This document shows, one piece after another, positions 40,333 through 63,392 of a stretch of 64,000 nucleotides of DNA. A model generated the notes under the pieces. The model made no database searches, was not told where the DNA came from, and was given only the letters and a program-made list of their open reading frames with translations. Where the stretch lies: NCBI GenBank assembly GCA_030141605.1, contig JAQGDQ010000421.1, forward strand, positions 62,001 through 126,000. Reading direction: 5' to 3'. The position numbers and the translations under genes were made by a program. Each line of letters begins with the position of its first letter. The stretch's first letter is position 1. Source of the DNA: Tubiluchus corallicola (lineage: Eukaryota; Animalia; Priapulida).

Positions 40333-43300
40333 ATGTCATGCAGATGCGGTGGTCAAGTCTTGTGTTTACGACTGGCTGTAGTGTTCCTCAGGTTGTGCTC
40401 ATTAACATGCTCCATGTACTTGTTATTTATTAGCTGTCGCAGCACAGAGATTTGTCAGCAATGGCTACATGAAACATGTCAGTTTTTAGTCTTTTTGCAA
40501 TCTGAAGTTTCTGAGGTTTGTACTTCAGCTTGTGGCTGATTCTCTATCAATTTTAAGTAGCTTTGCAAAACTTATAAATTTGCAGGGTAATAAGATCAAC
40601 AATTGTTCATTTAGCAATCGTTTGGCTAGAAAGCTAGATGGCAATGACTTGGCAGGTAATATTATCATAATTTATATTGTTTGCAGGCGTTTATGCCTTG
40701 GGACCTTTACTGGAGTGTGGTGAATGGTCTAAAATCTGTTGCATTGCAGTTGGAGCAAGTGGTGGCATTCCTTGGACTTTATTTGACATTGGGTGCTATA
40801 TTACTAGCTGGCAACACTAGGTAATGCTACTAAAATTTTGCCTGCCGTAATAAGACAATTGTTAGTATTTGTCAGTACACAGGACACCATGTTTTTTTAT
40901 TTGTACTTTACTTATAGAGAAAGCTGCTAAGTTTAATGCAATTTTGAAATGTTGTGCTGAAAATTTTAATAAAACAAGCTAGAATTTTTTGGTACTTGAA
41001 AACTAGCATTCAAAATCAAATAAAATTGGTTTGCTTAATTTCGCAGTACGCTATATGCCATTTTGCAACGAAACGTGTGCAGTTTGCAGTTTATTGATAT
41101 AATAACATGCTACAGTGTTTGTCATATCTCACACTTAATTAAATACTGCTTGAATTGGTTTTCTTGCTTTTTACAGTGTTTAAAAATTTAGTGTTTAAAT
41201 TTCAGTTTGATAGGTTCGTATAACTTTGAAGAGTTTTGAATTTGGCATTAATTATTAAAAATAAATGTTAGTTCTTCAGACAACGTCGTAGAAAATGAAA
41301 AATGTTTACAGCCGATTTTCTAAGGTAGAATAAACAACGTAGAATACTTTAGAACAAGACAGCACATTCTTTAATAATTAGTAATCTAACATTCTAAAAT
41401 TTTTGCATCAATAAAATGAATATTATCTTAATAAATCATCACTGGTGTGCTTTCAGATTACAGCGTGTTGACGGAGTATGCTGTATGCTGTGGTTATTGT
41501 TAATGGCTGAACATTTTACCCTTTTCGTGCAATTGGTACCGTACATTAAACCAATCATTACTGAAGCAAAATGTGGCACATCTGTTGTTGTCATCATTTC
41601 CTGTTTGTGGGCGATCTTGTGCTCTCGTCCGTGTGCCAGGATTCATCGAAAATCTAAAAGGTGATGTGATATGGTAGTTTTGTACTTGTATTTTATTGCT
41701 GCAGACTTGCATGCTAATATAAGTCCTAATGTATATACAATAGTCGCCGCTTCATAAACTCACTTTGGGATCGACGTGTTTTGACCCAATTAACCGATTG
41801 AACCTATTAACCGATGGGTGTAGTATTTCTGCTATAGAAGTACGAGTCACCAGCTTACTATGCACTCCAAAGGCTTTTAATCAATTTTAGAAACAAGGTA
41901 AGACCTAAATTCCTTTGTGCAGTTAAAAATTGGAAAAAATGTCTTAAAATATTAATTTATATAAGTGAATTAACAATAAATTAAAAAGTATACTTTTCTA
42001 AATCACACAAGTCTGTATTGGGTATGACTAAAACAGTTCTGAATCGTCTGCTCCCTGACATAGCCAGGAAATGTATTGTACATGCATCTTTGGCTATTAA
42101 CTCATCAAGCCTGAAAGTGTGATTTGAAACTAGAGCAGCAAAGGGAAACCGCTACGCAAGTGATTAAATGTTTAGCTCCCAGAAATTCTTTGGGTAACAG
42201 TGGGCGAGTGGGTAACAGATTCAAAGCAAAGCCGCTACGCTAGCCTATTAGCGCATGATAAACATACCTGTTTCCGGTACTTAACATGATTATTTCTATA
42301 TATATAGTGCACAAAAGGAAAGTAAATATGACATAAAAGCAAGAAAGGCTGTTTGGGCACATACAAATGTCTTATTTTAAGTACGTGAAGGAAAAATATT
42401 GAGTCAATTAAGCGAAGTTATTTGAGTCATTTATCGATAGTTTTTATGTATTTTTGAATAGAAGCAGCCCGTTCCAGGCGTTTTTGCATCAGTTAAGCGA
42501 TTGAGTCTATTAACCGTGAGTCTATTAAGCGGCGACTACTGTATATTATATAGGGCTTAAGTTTTTTAATAATTTTTTTATCCTTACTGTAACAGAGCTA
42601 TTTTGTTTTTTAGAAAACTAAGAAAGCACAGCAATGGATCTTTTTACAGTGAATGTTCCAATGAGTCTTTTGCATCAGTGGGCAGCTTAGATGATGAAAG
42701 TGTTAATTTATTTAAATCGCAGCAAGGAGGATTTGTTGCTGAAAACAGCATTGCTTCATTTGATTGTAATGAAATTGGAAAAAGGTTGACAATTAGTAAT
42801 GATCCACAACAAAATGAACTCAAGGGTACGAATACACCTTTTTTAATATTCAAGTTTGCAACTTGTACTTTAGTTACTTAAAGTGAAAATAATGCTCAGA
42901 AGTGATAGTTCTAGTTTTGATTTTAGTGGAAGTAGGCCTTCCTTTACCTTATGAATGCGTATGTCATGTTTGAAAGCTCAAAATCAATTCTTGTTTATAA
43001 CATTGCTGCATTGTGTCTTTCTTCATAAACTATAACAATTGAGCTTTTTTATTGTACTTAAAAATGTACCCAAATGTAAAATGATACCTAACTAGTAATT
43101 TCTTATACTGAAAGACAATGGTCACTTAAACAAAAAGTTAACTCAGTCGGACAAAGACAAAAACCATGAATGTAGATAACACAGCTGCTTTTTGGTGTGG
43201 CTATTTTTAAATAATTGTTTAAAAATTTTTGATGAAAAGAAAACGTTTTTATATAACAAACTTAACTTAAAACATGAAAAGCCAAAATATTTCTTGCGTA

Positions 43301-43778
43301 CTTATTTCTGATGGCTTCTAGCAATAAACTTCATGTGATATTTATTAGCTCCACAATTGTAAGTTATCAAAATATCTGTAGATGGCACAAAATTGCATAG
43401 TGAGCATTACTAGTAGCTGTCATACACATCAAATTTATGTTACTTTTGGTAGATTGGAAGAAATTCTTTGTTTTTGTAATTTTCTTCTAAAATTTTGGTT
43501 CTGCCACTTGTGCACTGAAGAGAGAACTGAATCAAAATAATATTTTTTATTTCATTTCAGGTCATCACATATTTACACTTCCATCATCTTTAAAAGAGCC
43601 TGATGATGATACAGTTGTTTATACCAATTCTAAAAATTCACTGAACTCTTTTATTAGAAAGCCAAGGCCTCTGATAAGTCCTGCAAAATTTGTCCATCAA
43701 CCAATTCGGGACTCAGCTCATTTAAAACAACTGAACAGATCAACTTCAAAAGATAACATCTGGGTACCACGATTGTGA
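40333..43778 (+). CDS. TMEM201: TMEM201/Samp1-like inner nuclear membrane protein, transmembrane and C-terminal part only, about 316 aa
   Basis: Exons 40333-40515, 40687-40820, 41457-41660, 42614-42825, 43561-43778, all GT-AG, phases join, total 951 nt. QVLCLRLAVVFL, VVAFLGLYLTLGAILLAGNTRLQRVDGVCCMLWLLLM and KPRPLISPAKF match my recollection of vertebrate TMEM201 (QVILLRALAFL; VVALGLLTCLLAMLLAGRIRLRRIDAFCTCLWALLL; RPLISPAR). Confidence 0.8.
41738..42541. mobile_element. Tc1/mariner (pogo/Tigger-like) non-autonomous element with TA target duplication
   Basis: TIRs caatagtcgccgcttcataaactcac and gtgagtctattaagcggcgactactg, flanked by TA. Related copies at 3093-4318 and about 26023-26200. Confidence 0.75.
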
Positions 43779-44947
43779 CAGAGTACGATTTTCGATTTGA
43801 AGTTTGCCATTGTACATATTTTTCTCTTGAATAACTTATCGCTTGTGTTTCATTATTATTTATTAATATTGCTGTTGTGTAAGACATGTTGATTCTTGTT
43901 ATAGAGTGTTTGCATAACTAGATTTTCTACGTTGAGCAATAACAATAAACTCCTCAACTGTATCTAATGTTTTATAATTCTAATTATTTTATTTAAAGTG
44001 ATAATTAACTCGCATCATTGGTAATAGTAGCGACTGATATTCCTGTTGCTACTGAAAATTTTGCTCAAAAGGGGGCGCCAGATTAACAGCAGGTTGAGAA
44101 TTCGAGCCACATCATTGATTATTTTGAATTTTTCAATGGGAGATGTTATTTATGTTGTGCCTGCACAATCTGTGCATTTTTTCTTCAAACGAGAACCTGT
44201 GAAACATAGAAAATAAATGTTTAGAGGGTGCTATTTGGGGTCCTCCTTTCCAGTATGACATCACCTTCTGGTGAGTGGAGTAAATTAAGGTGGGTAAACA
44301 AATAAATTTGCAAAGCAAAGAAGTATAATGCACAAAACACAGTAAGCTCAGTGGCATAGTTAATAGGGCTCCACTGCTTCTCCTAGCACGTTTTGGCACA
44401 TTTCAACAATTTTTTAGTTAATTTGTGCAGTTGCTGAATCATTCTTTAGTCTGCTGAAACAGATAAAGTTCTACCTTCATTTTACAATGGGGGAAGATAG
44501 ATTATCTGGGCTAGCTTTGCTCTTTATAGAAACTGAAGTGGATTATAATAAAGTTACAGATTACTTTGCTAGAATGAAGCCTAGATAAAAGAGACTTGTA
44601 GTTCCTTCATAGTGTATTTTTACAGTGCTTCATTTTGTTTTCATTTTGCGTTTAAAATACACACACGTTTTTATTCTGTTTTGAGATACGTGAGCTTACT
44701 ATAAAACTTTTTATTGTCTTTTAATTTTAAATACAAAATAAGAATAATATCCTTCCTTTAAAACTGTATCTGCACCATGATTTTAAACAACACAAAATTA
44801 AAATGTATAGTAAATGCATTAAAAATTGTGTGGTACGTGTCACAGCGACATTTTTTATGTGCTTGCTTACCCTACTTTGAACCTGGCTATGCCCTGAATA
44901 AGCTATGGCTTCACATTTGTCTTCAAAGTTTAATATCTTAGGAGTAG

Positions 44948-45062
44948 TTTGAAAATTTTGCAAAAAATCTAATATTTAATAGTGAAGATTGAGAATTTTG
45001 TGAAAAAAATCTAGGATTTAATAGTGAAGATTGAAGATTTTGCAAAAAATCCAAGATTTAAT
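44948..45062. repeat. Degenerate tandem repeat of about 41 bp, roughly 3 copies
   Basis: Repeated ttttg(c/t)(g)aaaaaatc...atttaatagtgaagattga units. Confidence 0.6.
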
Positions 45063-45367
45063 GGTAAAAAGCAGAAAAAAGGGGCAGAGATTGCCTAGAT
45101 ATTACTTATTCGGGAGTTTTATTTTAAAATTAATATATTACTATATTACAGTTAGCTATAGGTTAAGCAAAACAGCTTTTTTACTTTTTACCACTGCATT
45201 TCACTTTATTATTTTCCTTTCAAGTTTTTTTTTAAATGTAATCTGTCCATAACAGAAAAGGTTCTATTTTCCTTTGAAAAGGAAATGAAACAATCACAAT
45301 GCGGCACCACATTGAAAATCACAGACCAATAAGTTCTATAACTCCAGTTTATATGTCAGCTCTTAAA

Positions 45368-54838
<9,471 letters not shown>

Positions 54839-55263
54839 ACGTGGTACATGAACACTTGGAAAATGGCATCAAAATTAGGAATAGTTGGATTAGGAAATTA
54901 GGATTAGGAATAGCTGTAAGAAAAGCCCGAATTGAAGTAGTTTTCAATTTGACAAACTTGTTTAAACTGAACATAAAGTGAACTGCTGCTACGCTTATCA
55001 TTGTCAATGAGTACAGAGTAATAAATAAGAGGTGACACAGAACGAGCAAATTCTTCTTGTCTCTTTTTTTCTCATGATCCACCCATCCAGGATATGCCTT
55101 GTAAGCTACATTAAAAATGATTATGATTTAAAAAAGCTAAAGAAATAATAAAGAAAACTGTGATCTGTAATTTTTTGTAGAGAATGTTTTTTTGAAACAC
55201 GGTCTTCATGTTACAAAGTAGGAGCAAAAACTATTGCTAATCAACATTTGTTTTCGGTGATTT

Positions 55264-56331
55264 TTAGCAGAGATGCATTTCGATAAACGATTCACGGTTT
55301 TTGAAGATCCCCCACTCTTCGTCTTTCTTCTTCTCTTTTTCATCTTCTTCTACTTTCTTCACTGCAGTTGTTTGCTTTGGCTTTACACTTTTAATTTCCT
55401 CTGAGATATTCTTCTCTGGTTTGCTGACTTTACTCTCGTTATTTTCATCTTTCCTGCAATGAAATCAGATTTAGAACGCTTACGCTGGTATAACACCACA
55501 GTACAGAAATATATATCATTTGACTACTATTTTAAGCAAATCAAATGCAAAGAAAACTCACTGTAATGTATTTGACAAATAAGTAATTTATTTATATTTA
55601 AACTCATTCTGTTTTCTGATGATGCTTTGGTAAAAGAAGAATGAAGTTTTCGAACGCTATGTTAATAACAAATTTATGAAAAAAAAACTGCACCTGGCTA
55701 CATATTTTAAAGGAAAACCGGACGATTGTTTAGACTCAATCTCATTTTAATTTTCTGTTCAAAATATACATTTTCTTGCCTATAAAAGTCCACGGCTCTT
55801 GCTTACGTCATAAACAAATCACAGTTTGTACAATGGCAGGCGACTTCCCTTGCGCATCACGTACGTTTGCCTTAGTGTTACTGCTTAAACGCGTGATGTC
55901 ACGAAAATGGGCTCTGCCTCATATGACGTCAGAAACTAACACTGCAGTTCATGATTATGGTTATCACGGTACCGCCTCCTATTTGTCGGCCATGGGCATG
56001 TGACAAAAAGGCGCCGTTGCTAATCTTAGATTCACTAAGACGCGTGTAGCTTTGAAAGTTTACCTAACAAAATTTGAGTATCCGAGGTAATTATTATTTA
56101 ATCTAAGCTTTGAATTAAAAAAGCCATTGTAGTTTTCAATATTTTAGAGCATTTACACTTGCCTTGTTCTTAGAACAGATGCTTTAATTATTACAAACAA
56201 CACTACCATAATAGGCACTGACAAGGCAACGAATACCGATAATCAAGATTACTTTCTAAACATAGAGTAAATATAAAATTATACCTTTCATTTTCAGTTT
56301 CAGTAGTTGTTGGTGAGTCATACAACTTCAT
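55264..56331 (-). CDS. Small Lys/Glu-rich, probably disordered protein (78 aa from the first Met; may extend upstream)
   Basis: Exon 56345-56285 (acceptor gtgttacag, donor AG/gtataa) joins in phase 2 to exon 55453-55264 (acceptor ttcattgcag). Product MKLYDSPTTTETENERKDENNESKVSKPEKNISEEIKSVKPKQTTAVKKVEEDEKEKKKDEEWGIFKNRESFIEMHLC*. Confidence 0.6.
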
Positions 56332-56926
56332 CTTCACTGCTCTTCCTGTAACACCTCTTTACTTCAGTAAAATCCTACAGGCACGTTTTCCCTGTTCAAT
56401 CAGAAACGATACTAGCTGTTTAATGATCAAATGTGCGTACTTGTAAGGGTCAAAAATACATGCATTCGCTTAGTCCAAAAATGTTTGGGGTTTACCTGGG
56501 CATGCGTTAAATTTTATAATTGCATAAAATGTAATTATCAGGGCCAGTTATTATTACGCATCAAGTTATACAGTACAATGAAATATCATTCACCGTAATA
56601 TAGGTCACCCAAAAGGAATTTACAGAAAGTTCATGGACTGTCTTACGTATTGTGTAGCTTCAAATATACGCTCTAAATTTTGACAACAAGCAAAAAACAT
56701 AATCGCTAAACTTTAACTAAATTCAAATATTTAGGGCTAAAGCAAAATATGAAATTCCACGCATTGTGACTAGCGAGAAATTAACTTTCTTGTGAAACTC
56801 TGCATGTAAATTTGGTTTTATCCTAAGAGAAGCTGAGAAATTAGTGTCAGCTTATTATTTATAAGTTTCATTGTAAACTGAGCACAGATAACTATAGGCG
56901 TAAGCAGTTAGTACATTATATTTTCT

Positions 56927-57162
56927 ATTATATTATATAATATAATATTATATTATATTATATTACATTACATTACATTACATTACATTACATTACATTA
57001 CATTACATTACATTACACTACACTACACTACACTACACTACACTACACTACACTACACTACACTACACTACACTACACTACACTACACTACACTACACTA
57101 CACTACACTACACTACACTACATTACATTGCATTACATTACATTATATTATATTATATTATT
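56927..57162. repeat. Compound pentanucleotide microsatellite (ATATT)n(ACATT)n(ACACT)n(ACATT)n(ATATT)n
   Basis: Read directly. Confidence 0.97.
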
Positions 57163-58495
57163 TAGGAACAAAACTGCAATAAAGAAAAGGCATAAAAGCA
57201 CATAACACAAAAAATGCGTATGAACAGTATTAAGCCTTCACAAGCTGCCTTGGACAGCAGCAGAGGACAAGAAACGGGGTACCTGGAGTAGGCTTAAGAA
57301 AAGTCGCCTTTAAAAAGTTCATATTACTTTACAGCATTTTTATGCATATATCGTACTCGCGTTAAAAAGAATTTTTGCTTGTTTTCATTTTAAATCTCCC
57401 GCAATACTGTTCCGACGGCGCCATCACATGACGTCATATACGCAAATGTAATCAGGGGAAGAAAAGGCAGGGTTAAATTATGTCCCAAAAAAATTTCTAA
57501 GCAAATCCATATTACTTAGCATTTCGCTTACACTGGAAAGACTTATGTAACTAGAAATAATAATTTAAAATGCTCGTGCCAATCGGTAAAATGTACCTGG
57601 CCCATTCTCCAGGGTGCGCCACTCACTAACCAAAAACATATTTTTAAACTTATTGACAAGATACAGTAATTCAAAATTTTACTTAGTTAATAACATGTGT
57701 GCTACGAATGCTCTGATTTTTTTTCAAACTTCACGCAATGTTATCTCGTAACTTGTTTCAAACGATCTACCATTAAAATGGCTGTGCCTAACGGTCATCG
57801 CGGGAGTTTAAGTTTACAGTATAAGTTTTATACAGCATTACTGCGACGCAAGCCCTGCATGCAAAAAAGCAGTGGTATAAAATTTCAAGATGAATTTTTT
57901 AGGCTTTATGTAAGTGGGGGATTTTCTTGTGTTTTAATCTCCAAACAGCAAGCTGCCTGCTGGTCCATACTAGAATCAGTTCATATAAATGATCATCAAA
58001 GAAATAAAATGCGCAAAAATCGGATACAAAATAAAAAACAGTTATAAAACGCAATTGAAAATAAATTAATTAAGAAAAGTATAAAGTGTAAGAAAACAAA
58101 TGAGTAAAACCATAGTGCAAGTAAAAAACGTTAAAATAATAACTAACCGATAAAATGTACAATGATGTTAACATAACTGTACCTAATATAATTATACAAA
58201 TGAAACAAATCTAGTAGCATTTGGAATAGTTTGCGCATTTTTATGTTTAATTTTTGAAACCTAAATAATTTTACAATTTTAAACTAACGACTTGTATATA
58301 ATCGTTATTCAAAATTACTACTTACCTCTATTATAATTTATTTTACGATACGATAATAGCGATGAGGCGATGAGTATTTACAGGTGAAGTAAGTTAACAA
58401 GTGTTGTTGTTGCTATGACCTTCGCCAATGTTGAGGTAACAGTCTCTCCACGTCTACGCTTGTGAAGTTACTAGAACGAAGCTGTTCGCAACAGC

Positions 58496-58567
58496 ACATT
58501 GACTGAAAAGAGAAGAATACATTGACTGAAAAGAGAAGAATACATTGACTGAAAGGAGAAGAATACA
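58496..58567. repeat. 23-bp tandem repeat, 3 copies
   Basis: Unit acattgactgaaa(a/g)gagaagaat. Confidence 0.9.
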
Positions 58568-58676
58568 AGTTATCTCTGATTTTTACGCGAACTCGGAAAT
58601 CTTACTTCTTCGACAGGAATAGCAATTAGGTCTTGCAGACGTTTCACTAGTTCAAAAATATTTACCGTAACTGTTG

Positions 58677-58851
<175 letters not shown>

Positions 58852-59560
58852 ACAGTTTATTTAAAATAGATTTTGAGATACATAAAACATTAGTTTACAT
58901 AGGAACTATTATCACCGACTAAAAATTCCAACAATTATTATAAAAAACTAATAAAAACAAGCAAAGATTTTACAGAAGCAAAAACAAGGCCACGTATCTA
59001 AGCCAATTTACACATTTGAAAACCCATAATTAAAATAACTACATTTTGCTTAGTGTGTAAAAATACTGAGCACAATGGCTTTACTGAGCTGAGTCTACGA
59101 GTCTAAAAATTATCGTTTATTTTGTTCAAGCACAAGTGACGTGCCATTAAAACGAATGATGATAAAAACAGGTAAAAATTACAGAATTACTTATTGGAAC
59201 AAGTAAATCATTTCAAACCAGCGCATGAAAGGCAAAAATAAATCACTAATTTCTTATTTTATTTACAAACACACTAAGCGTGTAAAAACATCTTGCATCA
59301 TTTTAAGTCATTCCAGGCTTTTGATCCTTTATGCGAAATAGGTGTAAATCGTATCTTAAACTGTTGTTACCAAAAAGCGAATGTTGTAAGACAAAAAATG
59401 GGGTGTCATTGTAAAATGAGCGATGTTTATAAACTAGAATGAGGGCATTCAATAGAGGTGTCTGCCTACGCCAGAACATGAAGTCCATATGGGAAAAAAT
59501 ATACTTCGACATTCTCGTCTTCTTAACCTTTGACTTTTTGAGCCAAAAAGTAACGTGTTT
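58852..59560 (-). mobile_element. Degraded CR1/L2-type LINE 3' remnant
   Basis: Minus strand shows ISHKGSKAWN-like ORF2 C-terminal remains, a T-rich 3' UTR, AATAAA and a microsatellite tail. Confidence 0.4.
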
Positions 59561-60524
59561 TAAGTCAACGGCAGCATCTCTGACTGGATAGGGTGCTCAA
59601 CAGGTACGGTAATTCAATTCCATGTTAAGCAAAATGTCTAAGAGTTAGTAAATTAATGTTCTTTTACCTCAGATGAATATGAAGGCGAACAGCTGCAGCC
59701 AAGGTCATAAAAAATTGAAATTATTTTAAGAAGAAAACATCTTTCAAGTATCATGGCAACTGATTGCGCTAAAAAGAAGCCGTGAAGTGAACTATTTCAG
59801 TACTTTGCTGTTCTGTCTGTTAATAAGGCAGAAAGTTAATCTAGGCAGTTACATCAATGCAAAACGACGATGAAAGACATTACGTAAAGGCCTAAATATA
59901 GGCCTATATCCAAGGCCAGATAATCCTATAGGCTAGTATAGGCTGCAGCCTAGGGCCCTCAAGGAGCTTCAAGTTTGTGTTGAAATATTTGCTAATTTGG
60001 TTTGCATTGTTAAAATAGTTTGGTAAAATAGTCGCATTGTTAAAGAACATTTTTATTGATAAACAAAAGACAGTAATTTTAAAGAATTCGCAATAAGTTC
60101 GTTTCAATCTATGTAAATGTCACTAAAATATGTAACGAGTAAAAACAATTCAAGACGGGTGCAGGCGAGTTAGAGGGTGGCTCCGTCTAAGGGGGGCCTC
60201 ATAATTTCAAAAGCCTAAGGGCCAGAAAAGCTCGTTATCCGGTCTTGCCTAAATCAAAGCGTTCAGTGTCTGCACCTATTAACCAACATCAGTTAATACA
60301 ATGTACCAACAAACTTTTTCTTATACTGTAAAAACAAAGTTTTACCTGGTACGATAATAGTAAACAGCCATTGTCATGTAAGCTACTTTAGTTTACTTAC
60401 TCGAACGCAAATGAAAATTCGCGAAGAAAAAGAACGAAGCGAACAATAAAACTTAATAGAACAATTAACACACACACAATTAACAGATCACCTTCATTAA
60501 TAATTCTCATAATACCATAATAAA

Positions 60525-61360
60525 TTTATAGGTTTTACACGTCAAATGTAGACATAGGAATTTCGAATGTGTTTTGGTAACTCAAATGTGACTTAGGTAA
60601 GTCAAATGTAGATGCGGTACTTTGAATAAATCGGTAATTAACTCATTAAGTGCAAATTACAAAAGGATAAAACCAAATTAAAATTATATTTTATGGTCAT
60701 GGTGCTATCGGCAGCATCTATTTTTATTATATTTAATTAATTTGCAACTATTTGTATGGACGTTAATATATTTTTCAAATGTAAAGAAAATGTTTATTTG
60801 ATAAGAACACTTAAACGTGTTGTACATAAACAAGTTAACAATTATACAATTATTAATATATACACCAATTCTACATTTTATTTGTCAATGTTTTACAAAA
60901 AATGTCGGCAGAAAAGAATAAATCGGTTCCCACTTCCCAATGAACAGTGAACCACTAATTAGTTTTTTAAGTAATGCATTAGCACTGCATTAATGAAATA
61001 GTTTCTATCAAGAAACATTGTTTATTTTAAGAATGTACTGTTTTCTCTAACAGTTCCAATGGTATGTAAAGTTTGCAGAATATTAGTGAACCTAACGTTG
61101 TTATTTTAACTTTAATTGAAATTAAAAAAGATTAAATTTAACATCCTTAAACTTTACCACCTATCCACATTTGAGATACCAATGTCACATTTGACTTGAC
61201 ATGTGTCTACATTTGACTTACCAAAAACGCTTAAGATTTCTTGAAAACCATTGTTAACACATTTGAACTACCTAAGTCTACATTTGAGTTACCAAGACAC
61301 ATTTGAATTACCTAAATCTAGATGTGAGTTAACACAGGTCGACATTTACAAAGGCCTATA
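60525..61360. mobile_element. Foldback-like MITE with arrays of about 22-bp subterminal repeats in inverted orientation
   Basis: Left tcaaatgt(a/g) repeats at 60541-60612 face right acatttga repeats at 61165-61345. Confidence 0.55.
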
Positions 61361-61599
61361 TTTGCAGGACTAAATTATATCATAATTACTGTCATCTAGA
61401 CAAATATTTTTATTATTCGTGCTAACTCACTGTAATGTTAATGCGATACTAAATAAATATTTGATTATATCTTTACAACTAATATAGAGAAACTGCAACA
61501 CGTAAAACATGACATTAGCTGCCGTTTGGAAAATTATAACCACAAGGTCAATAGTACGAAGACGAAATAATATCATATACAGAGAAGAGGTGACAATTC

Positions 61600-62617
61600 C
61601 TGGAAAAAATGTAAATATCTTGGTAGCTTGTTAATCACTTGAAGCTGACATACATCGAAGGAATATTCTAGCATTGTCTGCTTTTTCATATCTCTTGAAA
61701 CCAAAGTTCGAATTCTTCCAACTTTACTCGATTTTTATATGCTGAGCTATGACAATAAAAGTTAAACAGCAAAAGAAAATTGACGCTTGTCAAAGAGCTC
61801 TCTGTAGAAAGTTGTTAGATAACAAATGGCCTGACTGCAAATCGAATGATTTGTACGCTGTGATGAAGGAAACTTCAACAAATCCAAGCAAGAAGACTGC
61901 ATCGGATTGGTCAGTCACTACCTCAGGAATTTCGTTTTCCTATAGCATTACGTAAAGTTCTTGAAACGACAAATAAACCGAGAGGATATATAGATACATT
62001 GCAAAAGGATTTAGCAAATACAACTCTAGATTTGAGGGATGATGTATCATAGGCAGTAGCGGTGGACAGAAACATCAACAAGTGGAGCGTCCCATATTTT
62101 AGAACATATAACGTAAACGACCGCGAACTTAATTGAATTGAAATTAAGTACGTTGTAAAACTCGTGTTTTTGCAGCGTTGCATAATTGTATTTGTTATAT
62201 CTTGTATTTGTTCTTGTACTTTGACTTTTTTTGTAATTGTAATTTTTGCCATGATACACTATTGTATTTGTGCAATAAAATGAAATTGAATTGAATTGAA
62301 ATTGAACATATAATTCTCAATGAACAGCATCGCAGCATAAAAAGACGCCGTTTAAGATGAATTGGGTATATGCTTAGACTACCAGATGATATTCCAGCGA
62401 AGATAGCTCTTCAACAAGCCATAGAACCAGCTAAAAAACCTGCAGGTGGACAAATGTTAACATATTTAGATTTTGCACAGAAAGATTTAAACACTTCAGT
62501 ATTGATCCTTAGAAATAAATGCACTTGGGGCATTGCGGCAAGCAGGGAGTCCTGGCATAGGGAGGTGAGCAGAATCATGTCCCTGGACGTATGATTCATT
62601 GGATGATGATGATGATT
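61600..62617 (+). mobile_element. RTE-clade LINE 3' remnants (two fragments) separated by another LINE tail
   Basis: KIDACQRALCRKLLDNKWPD..SNDLY, then IKRRRLR*IGYMLRLPDDIPAKIAL...DLN...AASRESW, ending in a (GAT)n tail. An AATAAA-(ATTGA)n tail lies at about 62274-62305. Stops and frameshifts are present. Confidence 0.7.
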
Positions 62618-63179
62618 ATTTGTTACTTCAATGAATCAAAATACACGTAAGCAATGACAACACTATAGTAACATAGTGATTTACCGCATCAGTTAGTTAT
62701 TATGACGAACAAGATTCATTAATAATTAGTTTTTTGCTCTACACAAAATACACAATATTTTTGTTTTTCACACAAAGCTGAGAGGTTTTGTTCTCACATA
62801 TACTATTATCATTGTGTACATCATAATTTCTACATAGTTTTAGCTCGCAAAAAGTTTAGTTTCACTTTAAATTTCATTTCATTTTAGGCAGTTATTTTTA
62901 AATTTTTAGCTCAAAATGACTTACCTGAATTATGTCAAACAGCGTAAAATACAGAAAGATTTTAACTAATTGGTGCAAAAAAACTCGTATATCCTTTCCT
63001 CGCCAATCCTTCTTCTAACTGAAGGCAACTAGGTCATTGACATCTTTTTGTACTGTTTTGCAGGAAGAAGAGGTCTGAAAGGAAGTTGGCCGAAGAAGCC
63101 AAAGTATTTTATTAATCTCTACACACAGCAATATTTATTTCGACACTATTTCCCAAAAAAGTAAAATTTTTGCCGCACA

Positions 63180-63392
63180 TTAGATACAATGCTGTGAATC
63201 GTGCCAGCGACTTGTGAAACTTTTGAATTTTTTCGAAAAATATGATATTTTGTGCAGACTGGAGTGGGTTTCCTTGCGCGCCTCTCTGCACGTGCTGTCT
63301 GCATGTGAAAAGAATCTGGAGTTCGTGAGAAGCTCGCTTAACAGACTTGCATCATTCCAGGCGAAGACTGAATACAAAATGTACAAACTGTC
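63180..63392 (-). CDS. Possible terminal exon of a gene lying beyond the window end
   Basis: Acceptor atttcag followed by 70 open codons to TAA, locally higher GC. No recognisable family. Confidence 0.25.
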   Translation of the reverse strand, partial: DSLYILYSVFAWNDASLLSELLTNSRFFSHADSTCREARKETHSSLHKISYFSKKFKSFTSRWHDSQHCI

